Shown in pieces: positions 27,230-39,830 of a stretch of 64,000 nt of DNA. The stretch lies in contig OZ024750.1 of the NCBI GenBank assembly GCA_964016885.1, positions 21,824,001 to 21,888,000 of the forward strand, written 5' to 3'. Under the pieces are notes generated by a model. It did no database searches. It saw only the letters and a list, made by a program, of their open reading frames with translations, and was not told the DNA's origin. The stretch comes from Eledone cirrhosa. Lineage: Eukaryota. Both the position numbers and the translations under genes were made by a program. Position 1 is the stretch's first letter, and each line of letters starts with the position of its first letter.

Positions 27230-29689
27230 ATGCTAATCAAAGACCAACTCCCCATGTCAACCAAGAACATACCAATACCATCCAGGAATACATATGAGAA
27301 ATTGCTGATCAACAGTGTAAATTCATTTATCAATAGAGTGAGATGGAGGACATTCCATTATGATAGAAACAAATCTAACAACTTGAATAATACTAACAAT
27401 TTTGACTCCTTCGGCTTTAAAACCTTTAAAAGCCCCCCTCATAACACTCTACTTAACTCCTTTGAAAATGACCTAGTTAAACTAGTTAAGAACATTAAAT
27501 ACAATAAGCACCATATTAGAAGCAACACCTTCTTAAACAAACTTAACACTTCTATTAGTGGATTCAAAACTAGTAATAAAATTATTGTACACGCAGATAA
27601 AACTAATAACATATACAGCCTAGATTATATTACTTATAGAAAGTTTATATATAATGAACTACATAAAAGCTACAAAAAAACCACCTTGAAAAACTTAGAA
27701 GATATTAATGTAGAGGGTTATAATATAGTGTCTAAACTAGGACTACAGAGGCATACACAACCTTTCACTCCGAACCCCCCTAGATTCTCTCTGAAGGACC
27801 ATAAGGAGAACTTCATCAGCAACCCCACGATAAGACTTATCTGCCCTTCCAAGTCCGACATTGGTATTATCAGCAAGAAGATTTTGGATAAAATCATCCC
27901 ACAAATTAAACACAAGATACACCTTAAACAATGGGGAAATACGGGTGAAGTAATTGAATGGTTTAAGGATATCAAGAATAATAAGAACAAAAAATTTATT
28001 CAATTTGATATCAATTCATACTACACCTCTATTTCCCCTATCCTATTAAATAAGGCACTTATCATGGCCATGACCAATAGCGACCTGACTAGAGCCCAGG
28101 TTGATGTCATCCTTGCGGCCCGTAAAACCATAATCACCTTCGAGGACCAACTATGGACACGCAAGGATACGCACAACAACTTCGACATAACCATGGGATC
28201 TAGTGACTCGGCGCAGGTCACTGATTTGGTCGGCCTATACCTCCTCAATGAAATCCATAAAGACCTCCCTTACCTCAACGGTGGTTTGTACCGCGATGAT
28301 GCACTTCTACTCATAGAATATAAGAAATTTAATATAGAAAGAACTAGAAAACAACTGCATAAGACATTCAAAAACTTTAACCTTAGTATCACCATGGACA
28401 AAAACACTAAAAATGTTAACTTCCTAGACGCCACACTATACCTAGACTCAAAAATATATACACCCTTCCATAAGCCTAATGAGAAACTTATTTACGTAGA
28501 TACCAAGTCTAATCACCCTAGATCAATATTAAACTCTATCTCTAAGGGGGTGTCCAATAGAATCTCTAGTCTGTCCTATGACGCAAACATATTTAGCAAA
28601 AACTCACAATATTACAATCAAGCATTAGCTAGCTCCGGCCATAATATAGAAATTGAGTTCCTACCTAAGAAAACACATAGCTACAACATCATCTCGCACA
28701 ACATGTCCATGAGGAAATCTAATAATAGGAATAGCAACCACAAGTACACCAAAGCGGAGGGTGCCACCGGAAGTAACCATTACCATGGAAACTACTGTGA
28801 GGCCTTAGGAGGAAGCAACACACCAAACACTAAAAGCAAAAATAGAAGAAGAAATAATACATTTTTCAACCCTCCTTTCAACCTAAATGTCTCCACCAAC
28901 ATACCTAGGGCTTTCTTCTCACTACTAGATAAAAACTTCCCTCTAGGACACAAGTACCACAACCTCTTAAACAAAAACACCATTAAAATCTCATACTCCA
29001 CGACGCCTAACTTAGCATACCACATAGCTAGCAGCAATAATAGTAAAATTAGTTCTTACTTCCAACAAACAAAATCGCAACGGGATGCAAACCCTCTAAA
29101 TACCACTGTAGCAAGCAACAATAGCAACGGCAGTAACAATGGAAATAACACTAGTATAAGTAATAACACCAGGGTTGTCAACCTGAACACCCAAAATCCT
29201 ATACCCACCACACAGACTTCCGCATTGCATTATAACCAGCGGACTAACGCACAGAATAATTGTAACTGTAGAGCTAATAGAACCTGCCCTTTAGATAAAA
29301 AATGCCTAACCAAGGATGTCATATACTCATGCACAGTCACGACTAATAACTCTTCAGAAACCTATGTAGGCTCCACTTCTAACTGCTTCAAAATTAGATA
29401 TAACTCGCACATCCACTCGTTCAAAAAGCACAGCCTAGCCAACTCCACCTCACTTTCTAGCTACATTCACTTTCTAAAATCTAAAAATAAACCATACACA
29501 CTCAAATGGGAAGTGATAGGCAGCGCGACCTCGTACAAACCACCTAATAAATTCTGTAACCTCTGTATACTAGAGACACACAATATTATCTTCTCCAACC
29601 GTAACCTACTTAACAAAAAATCTGAGGTGTTTGCAACTTGCCAGCACCGCCTCAGACATTCCTTCCAAAACTTTAAGCCCCATATATAG
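27230..29689 (+). CDS. PLE polyprotein, 819 aa: reverse transcriptase plus C-terminal GIY-YIG endonuclease (Naiad-like)
   Basis: STKNIPIP..RVRWR, LKDHKENF..PTIRLICPSKS, FIQFDINSYYTSI, FDITMGS.DSAQ, GLYRDDAL, VNFLD, CNCR..CPL..CL..VIYSC..YVGSTSNCFKIRYNSH, CNLC..E, C.H. Confidence 0.95.
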   Translation: MLIKDQLPMSTKNIPIPSRNTYEKLLINSVNSFINRVRWRTFHYDRNKSNNLNNTNNFDSFGFKTFKSPPHNTLLNSFENDLVKLVKNIKYNKHHIRSNTFLNKLNTSISGFKTSNKIIVHADKTNNIYSLDYITYRKFIYNELHKSYKKTTLKNLEDINVEGYNIVSKLGLQRHTQPFTPNPPRFSLKDHKENFISNPTIRLICPSKSDIGIISKKILDKIIPQIKHKIHLKQWGNTGEVIEWFKDIKNNKNKKFIQFDINSYYTSISPILLNKALIMAMTNSDLTRAQVDVILAARKTIITFEDQLWTRKDTHNNFDITMGSSDSAQVTDLVGLYLLNEIHKDLPYLNGGLYRDDALLLIEYKKFNIERTRKQLHKTFKNFNLSITMDKNTKNVNFLDATLYLDSKIYTPFHKPNEKLIYVDTKSNHPRSILNSISKGVSNRISSLSYDANIFSKNSQYYNQALASSGHNIEIEFLPKKTHSYNIISHNMSMRKSNNRNSNHKYTKAEGATGSNHYHGNYCEALGGSNTPNTKSKNRRRNNTFFNPPFNLNVSTNIPRAFFSLLDKNFPLGHKYHNLLNKNTIKISYSTTPNLAYHIASSNNSKISSYFQQTKSQRDANPLNTTVASNNSNGSNNGNNTSISNNTRVVNLNTQNPIPTTQTSALHYNQRTNAQNNCNCRANRTCPLDKKCLTKDVIYSCTVTTNNSSETYVGSTSNCFKIRYNSHIHSFKKHSLANSTSLSSYIHFLKSKNKPYTLKWEVIGSATSYKPPNKFCNLCILETHNIIFSNRNLLNKKSEVFATCQHRLRHSFQNFKPHI

Positions 29690-31134
29690 CAATGTCGGAC
29701 TGGAACCTAACACCACATCTAGCATCAAACACCAGAGACACACCCTATACTACATACCCAACACTAGCTGATCCATTATAACACAAACAACGACATCCCT
29801 CTGGAACCCTTCGCAGGGAAAATACCCATTTATACCTCTACGGCAGGTGTGACAACATCCACCCACCTGGACGGCACTACGCCACTCTAAGGGTAATTTG
29901 AGCATCAATTGATCGGTTGGATGGTGTTGGGCAGAGGAAACACCTCCCTTAGACGGATGTAAATTGATTTAATCGAGTAGCGCTGTTGACCAGTAGGACC
30001 AGGCCGCTGAGCGCAGCGAGTGAATGCAATGCAACTGCCGTGTGGGTTGTACGTATATGGATGATCTGACGGTCAGAGAGGGGTCGCGAGGACTGCGACT
30101 TGACCTTTGGCCTGCTTGGGGATGATTATCTTTCGACATCCAATGTAGCAAGCGATGACCCGGATCTTACCAGAGATCATTGGGTCCTGAAGCAATCCTG
30201 CAATCACCGCGCCTGGTCATATGAGCAGACTACAACCATAGAGATCATTAATTTAGAATCCTCGCTCATCATCTATAATTTCCATTTGTAGCACCTTAAG
30301 ATGGGTTAATCCACCCTAATAATAATATGATCACCTTCAGCATAATTTAGTTAAACTACTCTATAGTTAGTACACTTTATGCCTTAAAAGTCTCTCTTGG
30401 AAGGTGCACCTCACCATAGAATTTAGGGTCTATATTGAGACACATTTTAATGGCTAGATATAGAAACCCCAGAGTTACCTCCCCGCATGCATTAACTCCC
30501 CTTAGCCACACACACACTTCCGGTATTCAATGGCGTCTCTCGAAACGTAACAACCACCTGTATCGAACTAAAGCGCACCAGACTACGATCTCTAACTGGA
30601 TTGTCGTGGATTATGTGAAAGGCATATAATCGAAATATACACTCCCTTGACCATGAAAATACCGAAGTACATGAATTACTTGACATCCCTGCGCTGTGCA
30701 TCTCCAATACTTATAACACTTTTAATGCTTGCACTATCTTTAATGCTTATAATATTTCTCCACACACAGACTATATCAATCATATAAAGACTTTGCCACC
30801 AGATCTACCAACCTAACACTCTTATTTACCTACCTAAGTGCCTCTACCACACATATCTCTCTGCCACACTATATAAACAAGACGCACATGCGTGCCACAC
30901 ATATAACATTTGCACTATATAACCACTTATCTTCATGTTGTACTTTAACCTATATCTTTGATTTTTTTGATTGTACCTATTAATATAAATGTAATCTCGA
31001 AGTGTGTACTGCCACTCTAAATTCTGTAATGAATGTTGACCCACAATGTTTGAATATGTATCAATGTTTGAATATGTATTGGTATGTCTCTCGGCTGAAA
31101 AGGAGGTCATATAACTGTCCATGCATTAATAAAT

Positions 31135-31181
31135 TGCTCCGAAGAATCCAAACCTCGGTTTGGAGGAAACAGCTGTAAGCA
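31135..31181 (+). ncRNA. PLE minimal type I HHR in the 3' pLTR, U4C core variant, palindromic stem III
   Basis: Stem I TGCT/AGCA, CCGAAGA, 8-bp stem II, GAAAC-AGCT-GTA; predicted cleavage after 31177. Confidence 0.72.
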
Positions 31182-31382
31182 CAATAATGTTTTGAACAGT
31201 TCTTTGATTCATATATTTCATATAACTGCTCTGTAAATCATCTGATGTTTTTACATTGAGCTACTTAACTTACTGGTAATAAGGTAGTAATACATTACTG
31301 CCTACCACTATTTAGGGTGTGTGTAAAATACTTACAACTGCTTAAGGTTTTGTGTTTACATAACCATAAATAGTATAACTAA

Positions 31383-31543
<161 letters not shown>

Positions 31544-31932
31544 AATGCATAGACCTATTTTTTAGTTCATTTATGTTAGAATGTATACATTATAATTCAA
31601 TATCAAAATTATATATGTATGTTTTTTTATTGTTGTTGTTTATTTTGGATATATTTCAAAATATATTTCAGACATCATGTAACCTTCATGAATTATGAAA
31701 CAGTAATAGAAAATATTTTCTACTGTGTCTGTACGTGTGTGAGAGAGAGTGTGTTGCTTTATAACTCTACATTCTGACGAGTAATAACGAAATAGCTTTT
31801 GCATTATGCAAATGTGGATGTTTTCAAAATAAAGAGCACCTCTATTTTACAGACGTCTTATACTGACTACTTTATATTCAACGATGGCTACTTCTGTTTT
31901 CACTAACAATGTATGTGTGTGTGTGTGTGTCT

Positions 31933-31966
<34 letters not shown>

Positions 31967-31977
31967 CTGTGTGTGTC

Positions 31978-32009
<32 letters not shown>

Positions 32010-32159
32010 CGAGAGAGAGAAAGAGAGAGAGGGGGAGAGAGAGAGAGAGATTTACAACACAGCGTATATTGCAAATTTGAGATGAACTCAATGTAGATGT
32101 ACTAGAAATATTTGATGTATTTGTTTGAAATATGTTTTTTATTGCTTTCATTTTGTTAG

Positions 32160-32323
32160 AGTATGGGAAAATCTTTGACATTTGAACAATCTGTGAGAGA
32201 GGCGATTGAAAGAAGCAGACGACATAGATGCAAAGATCCATTGTGTGAAACATCGTTGTGGAAAGCACGACATGAGTTAGACCTTGCTCTTCTAAAAATC
32301 GAAAAACTTCACTTGCAGCTGAC
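32160..32323 (+). CDS. Nmdar2: GluN2/NR2 C-terminal exon (absent from the ORF track)
   Basis: Acceptor ttttgttag, donor gtgagt; [54 protein letters not shown] matches the invertebrate NR2 motif SMGK.LTF..HRC.DP.C.T.LWK..HELD; phase 0 in, phase 2 out. Confidence 0.92.
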
Positions 32324-32544
32324 GTGAGTATTTTACATAATCGTAATGCCTTAAAGGATTAATCCAGTGATTTCTAAAATTTAATTTTGTTGTAGAAAGA
32401 ATCTCTATACAATTGTTCAAAAATCTGATAATGATCATGTTTTCTATGTAACAAGTATTTATCTATTCCATGGGGGGGCGATATCTATATGAATTGACAT
32501 AAAGAATCTTTCAAAACAAATACAAAACTGGAGTGTGTATAAAA

Positions 32545-32574
<30 letters not shown>

Positions 32575-32580
<6 letters not shown>

Positions 32581-32797
32581 ATGTATAATAAACAATACAG
32601 TATAATTACCTTATTACCAGAGGTTTCCCGAATAAGACGAATGCGGACGTTTCTTGTATTCGTCTTATTCGGGAAACCTCTGGTAATGAGGTAATTATAC
32701 TGTATTGTTTATTATACATTAAATATTTAGCTCTGTAACTTACATAGAGCACTCTTCATTCCTCTGACTTTTTCAATTTTCAACGGAAACTTCAATA
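32575..32797 (+). mobile_element. Fold-back mini-element with ~70-bp arms and a 3' tail
   Basis: Arms 32575-32643 and ~32657-32725, tail 32726-32797, GAAACCTCTGGTA HHR half, (TA)n flanks. Confidence 0.75.
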
Positions 32798-32819
32798 TAT
32801 ATATATATATATATATTAT

Positions 32820-33215
32820 ATTTAGTAGAACAATTTTGGTGATGCACAGATGTTCGCTTTAATACAAATCTTTACTTTCTAGGTTACGTGTGTCTATAAT
32901 TTAGTTAGGCGTTGTTTTCCTGTGTTTCTGTATTCGCATTCAGATAATCTGTTTCTTCTAATAGATACGACATTGGTGATTCTAGAAATAGATCTAGTTA
33001 GAAAGTCACATACGGTGCATATATTTACTGATCCCACACCCGGTATGGCATACCTGAACACTTCATTGTTGATATATATATATATAATATATATATATCA
33101 AGTAAGAATATTTTCGAAACAGCGAGTGGGTTTGAAATTATTAGAAATGTAAGCTATCGCCGTATTTTGACTAAAGAAATTAAAGAAATTATTTAGCCTG
33201 ATAGCTTACATTTAT

Positions 33216-33255
<40 letters not shown>

Positions 33256-33350
33256 ATACATGAACATATGTGTGTGTGTGCGCGTGTGTGCGTGTGTGTA
33301 TGTATGTATGTTTATATATACCAACACAAATTTCTCTCTCTCTCTCTCTC

Positions 33351-33381
<31 letters not shown>

Positions 33382-33633
33382 CAACAATGAAGTGTTCAGG
33401 TATGCCATACCGGGTGTGGGATCAGTAAATATATGCACCGTATGTGACTTTCTAACTAGATCTATTTCTAGAATCAACAATGTCGTATCTATTAGAAGAA
33501 ACAGATTATCTGAATGCGAATACAGAAACACAGGAAAACAACGCCTAACTAAATTATAGACACACCTAACCTAGAAAGTAAAGATTTGTATTAAAGCGAA
33601 CATCTGTGCATCAGCAAAAATGTTCTACTAAAT
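32820..33633. repeat. ~255-bp inverted repeat pair (MITE/foldback-like) around microsatellites
   Basis: 32820-33073 versus 33380-33633, few mismatches; mirrored ORFs 32922+ and 33531-. Confidence 0.85.
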
Positions 33634-33864
33634 TGAATTAGACTCTTAACAGCTAACATCTAAAGTTATGGTAGCAACAATAATGAAACATCTAAATGAA
33701 ATATTTGTATAATTAGGAAACAATTTTGAAGTAATGCTTGTTTAGTAAGACGGTGATTTGGCGGAGGTATCGGAGTGAATTCTTGCTGGTATTCGTTCCA
33801 GCTCTTTACTCTCCGAGTTCCAATCGCATCGAGGTCAAATTTACCTTTCATCCTTTCTCCTTTA

Positions 33865-33909
<45 letters not shown>

Positions 33910-34586
33910 TTCCCTCCCTCTCTTTATTTCCCCCGCTCTCGCTCTCTCTATTCTCCCCTCTCTCTTGTCTTAGCATCTCTTTCTCTCGCTCTGTATGTAC
34001 AAAGTGTAGTGCAAAAGTAACGTTAGTCAAAATCGGTGTAGTCAAACGTTTAGACTGATGCGCGCCACCAACGTTTACAATTCCCAAGAACCGACAGCAC
34101 CCTAACGACTCCATATGTAGTTATGAGAACACTTACTGCAGCTTGTATTGCAGGTGACTTGATTCGCTACTGTGTGTTGAAATTGAGGCAAACACATCGT
34201 TGAAGAGACGCTTTAGCCATTTAAAAATAACTGAAAAAAACTCTTAAATTCCCTTTACATTTATCACTTATTTTTCTGATATCAAAATTTTCGTTAGTGG
34301 CCAGATAAAGATACACGTAAAAACTGCTATATTGTATTTTCATATATTTCGTGATATCAATATTTTCGTCACCCTGTTTCTGACCTTGTTATTGACAAAA
34401 TACCATCTTAACAGAGTTGACGAAACTTTTGACACTATGATATATATGAAAACAAATTATGACAATTTTTGTGCATGTTTTAGTAACTAAAAGAGTTGTT
34501 CAATCATGTAATTGCTAAGAATCAAATGTTTTTGCTGATGCCTTTTCTTGTTAACATTTTTACAGATATTGTTTAGAACTTAGATG

Positions 34587-34665
34587 CAGGGTGTCCCCCA
34601 AAAAAAGATATACACACTTCAATAGCATTCTAATAATTGTGTGTATACATTTTTGGAACACCCTG
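34587..34665. mobile_element. Tc1/mariner-type MITE
   Basis: Termini CAGGGTGTCC..GGAACACCCTG followed by TA. Confidence 0.6.
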
Positions 34666-34814
34666 TATATTATCAATACACCCTATGTAATCATTTCGTC
34701 TGTTGAAAATATTTTGTGTAATTATTTAACATATACAGTGATATATTTCACTTTAAAATAGTCATCGTTATTATTTATATTCTCTGCTACAGATAATCCG
34801 CTTATAATAATTGT

Positions 34815-35101
34815 TTCTACCTTTGGCACAATTACCCCAGTGCATTCGACAGTCGATCGACCTTCGTCAAATCGGACCGAGGAAACAATATTTCCGTTGG
34901 TCTTTCCAATTGCTAATACTATCTATCGGTCACAACTCCAGATAGAAGGAGCAGCATGAAATAAAGTGTCTTGCTCAAGGATATAACGCATCGCCCGGTC
35001 CAGGAAGCGAACTCATGGCCACGCGCCTTCCAGTGCATTACTGGTACTTTATTTTATCGACCCTGTCCGTAAGAATGAAAGCCAAAGTTAACCTCGGCGG
35101 G
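34815..35101 (-). mobile_element. Main SINE interrupted by a second tRNA-SINE family (~34848-35030)
   Basis: CCAGTGCATT present on both sides of an insert containing AAAGTGTCTTGCTCAAGGA and CCAGGAAGCGAACTC. Confidence 0.6.
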
Positions 35102-35767
35102 AGGTTAACTTTATCTTTAGCAGAGAATATAAAAATCTATAATAATATGCAATGTTGTTGCTGCTTGAACATTGGAAGAGCTTACTCGTAAAATTAACGT
35201 TCAAGTGACTGATAATTCCACAACACATGTACCCTTAACGCAGTTCTCAAGATTTAGTGTAAGACAAAGTGTGACTTGGCTAGTCCTTTAAATTGCAGGT
35301 ACAGTCGATCCGAAGGGCTTCCAAACATTTGTTTGTCTACCCAATTTTCCTCACAATAAGTCCATCAATGGTTATGCTAAATGACTCTTTCTCACGATGC
35401 TAAGCGAATTTCTTAACCATTTTGCCATGGTTTGTGCACAATGTAAAGTTGGGAGGATGTCGGGTGATGAACGTGTGTGTGAGACTAAACCTGTGAGTGA
35501 GCTGCATTAATAATTTTGAGAGTGGCCAGCGTCAGAGGTTTCACGTGACTGAATGGGAAAAGCAGACAACGGAATTAGTATGAACATATACAAAATATAT
35601 TTTTTTTAATCTTCAAAAGTAAAAAAAGAATTTAATTTCATCCACAAAACGCCAGCATCAACAGTTTCCAAGAGATGGCAACATGAATGGATCTGTTGTT
35701 TTTATCTAAAGACATTTTTCCAATTCCACCCCGCCCGTCCCTTCAATCTGTCTAATTTCTCATTCTT

Positions 35768-35803
35768 TCTTCTGACGAAGGACTAGCGTCCGAAACGTTA
35801 AGA
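35768..35803 (+). ncRNA. Minimal hammerhead ribozyme with canonical core
   Basis: TCTT-CTGACGA-A-GGAC.TAGC.GTCC-GAAAC-GTT-AAGA; palindromic AACGTT stem III (dimer type). Confidence 0.75.
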
Positions 35804-35852
35804 CCCTCTTCCTGCTATTTCAAGCGTTAACCTAATATATTCCTTCAATATA

Positions 35853-35975
35853 CTGAAAACCTGTTTGTTTGAATGGGGCGTGCCCGTTGATAGTTGTGTT
35901 GTGTTATTTTGGTCATCAGCAGGACCTGACAACAGCACCGGAACCGAAACTGGTTCCAATAGTTCACATTTATAG
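35853..35975 (-). other. Intronic inverted copy of terminal GluN2 exon segment 36472-36594 (candidate editing-complementary sequence)
   Basis: 123 bp, ungapped, 120/123 complementary; A36517:C35930, A36522:C35925, G36553:U35894. Confidence 0.9.
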
Positions 35976-36004
35976 TGAACTATTCTGTTGTTATTTCTGT
36001 TTAG

Positions 36005-36069
<65 letters not shown>

Positions 36070-36333
36070 CAAAATATAGAAAATATTTTTTATGATTTTC
36101 AAAATTACCAAAACATTTTTCTCTATAATTAACAGAGATATGGTCACAATTCTTAAGATACAGGTACACTTGTAACTTTAGAAAGGCCAAATATCCTATT
36201 ATTCCAGTTTCTCCTATTCCTAAAATATAACTTGAACCAACTTTAAAAATTAACATTATTAAAATTTAGTATTTGATGATAACTTGAATAACTTGTCTTT
36301 ATTAAAAAGAAAATGTTCTACCTTTTTTTTTAG

Positions 36334-36724
36334 ATCGTGCGGAATTACTCCGGAGCCCGGTGCCGTATGGAAACTACAATCAGACTGTTACAAGCCTTGT
36401 GCACGCGAAACTAAGAAAGCCATTAAATTCAAAGAAGACAACGATAATGAGGATTCTCCGATGAAGAAAGGCTATAAATGTGAACTATTGGAACCAGTTT
36501 CGGTTCCGGTGCTGTTATCAGATCCTGCTGATGACCAAAATAACACAACACAGCTATCAACGGGCACGCCCCATTCAAACAAACAGGTTTTCAGGCGCTC
36601 GCCCAGTTATACGACAGCCATGTCTGTAGACGAAGAATCAAAACCTCAGGCGGGTAAAACAAGATATCATAACGGAAATTATTACATTGAAGTTGACAAC
36701 CGAGAAATTGAAAGTGTCCTTTAA
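36334..36724 (+). CDS. Nmdar2: GluN2/NR2 terminal coding exon ending in PDZ-binding-type ...EIESVL*
   Basis: Acceptor cctttttttttag; phase 2 matches the previous exon; open frame SCGITPEPG..REIESVL TAA. Confidence 0.85.
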
Positions 36725-37010
36725 AATAACGATATTTCGTTAAGGGGAATATACAAACTAAAACAAAAAACAAAAAGGAACATTTTTTTTATCGATAATA
36801 AATATATAAAATAAGGAGGTATGCCCAAAATATTAAAATGGCGAAAGTGATAATAATAAAAGATATGAATATAATCTAAATTTGCAAATGAAAAGCAGCG
36901 AAATTATTTCGGGGAAATGAAAACCAAAATGATATTCACTTTGTTATTTTATTAAAAAAAATTATAAAATGAATACTGGAATTTTATTGGAGGAGAGAAG
37001 AAAAAATACT

Positions 37011-37066
<56 letters not shown>

Positions 37067-37599
37067 TGACAATAATGATAAAGATAATATGGAAGCAGAA
37101 CTATAAGAGTATAAGTGATTTTTAAAAATGCGTGTAAAAAATGTGACTGCTGTGAAATATATATATATGTATATACTAACAAGACAGAATATCGTGTTAA
37201 TGCCAAAATAAGAAAGAGTGAAAAACAAAAGATAACAGAAAAAAAAATTATTAATCAATCCTTGATGAATGTATCATACAAATTATCTATGTGACATGGT
37301 AAATTATGACGAAGAAGGAGAAGAAAGAGATGGACAAATATTCTCATTTCATGTTATTTTTACCGTCTATTCTTTTCCACAAAGACAACGACATCTGCGA
37401 AGAAACTGCGAAATACTTTACACGAAGATCTTCTTCTTCAGTGTTTACATAATTTTTTGTTGTTGTTGTTTTCTGGGGTGTTATTATTTTTTTTTCTATG
37501 TCATCATATGACAGTATTTTCTACATTTGGAACGAAAAAACAAAACATGATCTTTTTAGAAAATACGTAACTATATTATTATCAAATATGTATACATAC

Positions 37600-37681
37600 A
37601 TACACACATTCAAATATGTATATATAAATATATATACACACATATATATATATATCTATATATATATATTTATATATATAT

Positions 37682-37761
<80 letters not shown>

Positions 37762-38140
37762 CGTATGAAGATATGTTAGAGTGTATATATAATTATGTAT
37801 ATGTGCATATATGAGTATCCATGTGTGTGTTTGTCTATATATACACTATATATATATATACATATGTATATATATATCATTTGTGTATGTATATATATTA
37901 TGTATATATATTTATACATATGTTATATAATACATATGTGTGTATTTATATATTATATATCTATACATATTTTTATGCATCTCTGTATATACATTCATTT
38001 GCATATAGATATATTTATACATATATACATATTTTTTTATATATATACATACATTTGTGTGTATATATGTGTAAATATATATATATACATATATATATAT
38101 GCATATATATATGCATATATATATATATATGCATATATAC

Positions 38141-38185
<45 letters not shown>

Positions 38186-38255
38186 TATATGTATATATAT
38201 ATGTGCATATATATATATGCATATATATATATATGCACATATATATATACATATA

Positions 38256-38295
<40 letters not shown>

Positions 38296-38599
38296 TGCAC
38301 ATATATATACATATATGCACATATATGCACATATATACATATATGCGCATATATGCATATATATATATATATATTTTATATATATATACATATATTATAT
38401 ATATATATATATATATTATATATATTTTATATATATATATACATATATTATATTATATTTATATACATATATGTATATATATACATATATATTATATATA
38501 TACATATATTATATATATTATACATATATATATATATATATACATATATTATATATATACACATATATATATTATATATATATACATATATATATATAT

Positions 38600-38655
<56 letters not shown>

Positions 38656-38682
38656 CATATATATACATATATACATATATAT

Positions 38683-38732
<50 letters not shown>

Positions 38733-38832
38733 CATATATATACATATATACATATATATTATATATATATATACATATACATATATATATATATATATAT
38801 ATACATATATATACATATATATACATATATAT

Positions 38833-38878
<46 letters not shown>

Positions 38879-39061
38879 GCATATATATATATACATATAT
38901 ATACATATATATATATACATATATACACATATATATACATATATATATATATACATATATACATATATATTATATATATATACATATATATATATATACA
39001 TATATATACATATATACATATATATATACATATATATACATATATACATATATACATATTT

Positions 39062-39104
<43 letters not shown>

Positions 39105-39149
39105 TATACATATATATATATATACATATATATACATATATATATATAC

Positions 39150-39194
<45 letters not shown>

Positions 39195-39293
39195 TATACA
39201 TATATATATATACATATATATACATATATATATATATACATATATATATATACATATATATACATATATATATATACATATATATACATATAC

Positions 39294-39327
<34 letters not shown>

Positions 39328-39481
39328 ATACATATATATATACATATATATAGACATATATATATATACATATATATACACATATATATACATATATATA
39401 TACATATATATATATATACATATATATATACAGATATATATACATATATATATACATATATATATACAGATATATATATAC

Positions 39482-39514
<33 letters not shown>

Positions 39515-39531
39515 CAGATATATATATATAC

Positions 39532-39598
<67 letters not shown>

Positions 39599-39673
39599 CA
39601 TATATTTATATATACATATATATATATATACATATATATATATAGATATATACATATATATATATATATATAC

Positions 39674-39719
<46 letters not shown>

Positions 39720-39780
39720 GTGCACACATATATATATTTATATATATGGGGTATGTGTTTAACTGTATGCATATACTATA

Positions 39781-39824
<44 letters not shown>

Positions 39825-39830
39825 TAATAA
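37600..39830. repeat. Compound (AT)n/(ATAC)n microsatellite block
   Basis: Direct reading. Confidence 0.95.

Noticed and set aside
27230-29689. Possible selenoprotein (reported for some Naiad PLEs)
   Set aside because: The ORF has no in-frame TGA and ends in TAG; no SECIS is needed or recognised
24755-31122. Small ORFs present three times (MDSYMTS.., MEMHSAG.., MRHILMAR.., MTFGLLG..)
   Set aside because: They repeat only because the pLTR is present three times; no recognisable domains
31768-31817. HHR-like CTGACGA-GTAATAAC-GAAA (also CTGAAGA..GAAAC near 48095-48140)
   Set aside because: Stem III and the cleavage triplet do not form convincingly; at best decayed
35798-36256. 152-aa minus-strand ORF sharing a peptide with the GluN2 tail
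   Set aside because: The shared peptide is simply the inverted exon copy; the rest is microsatellite and intron
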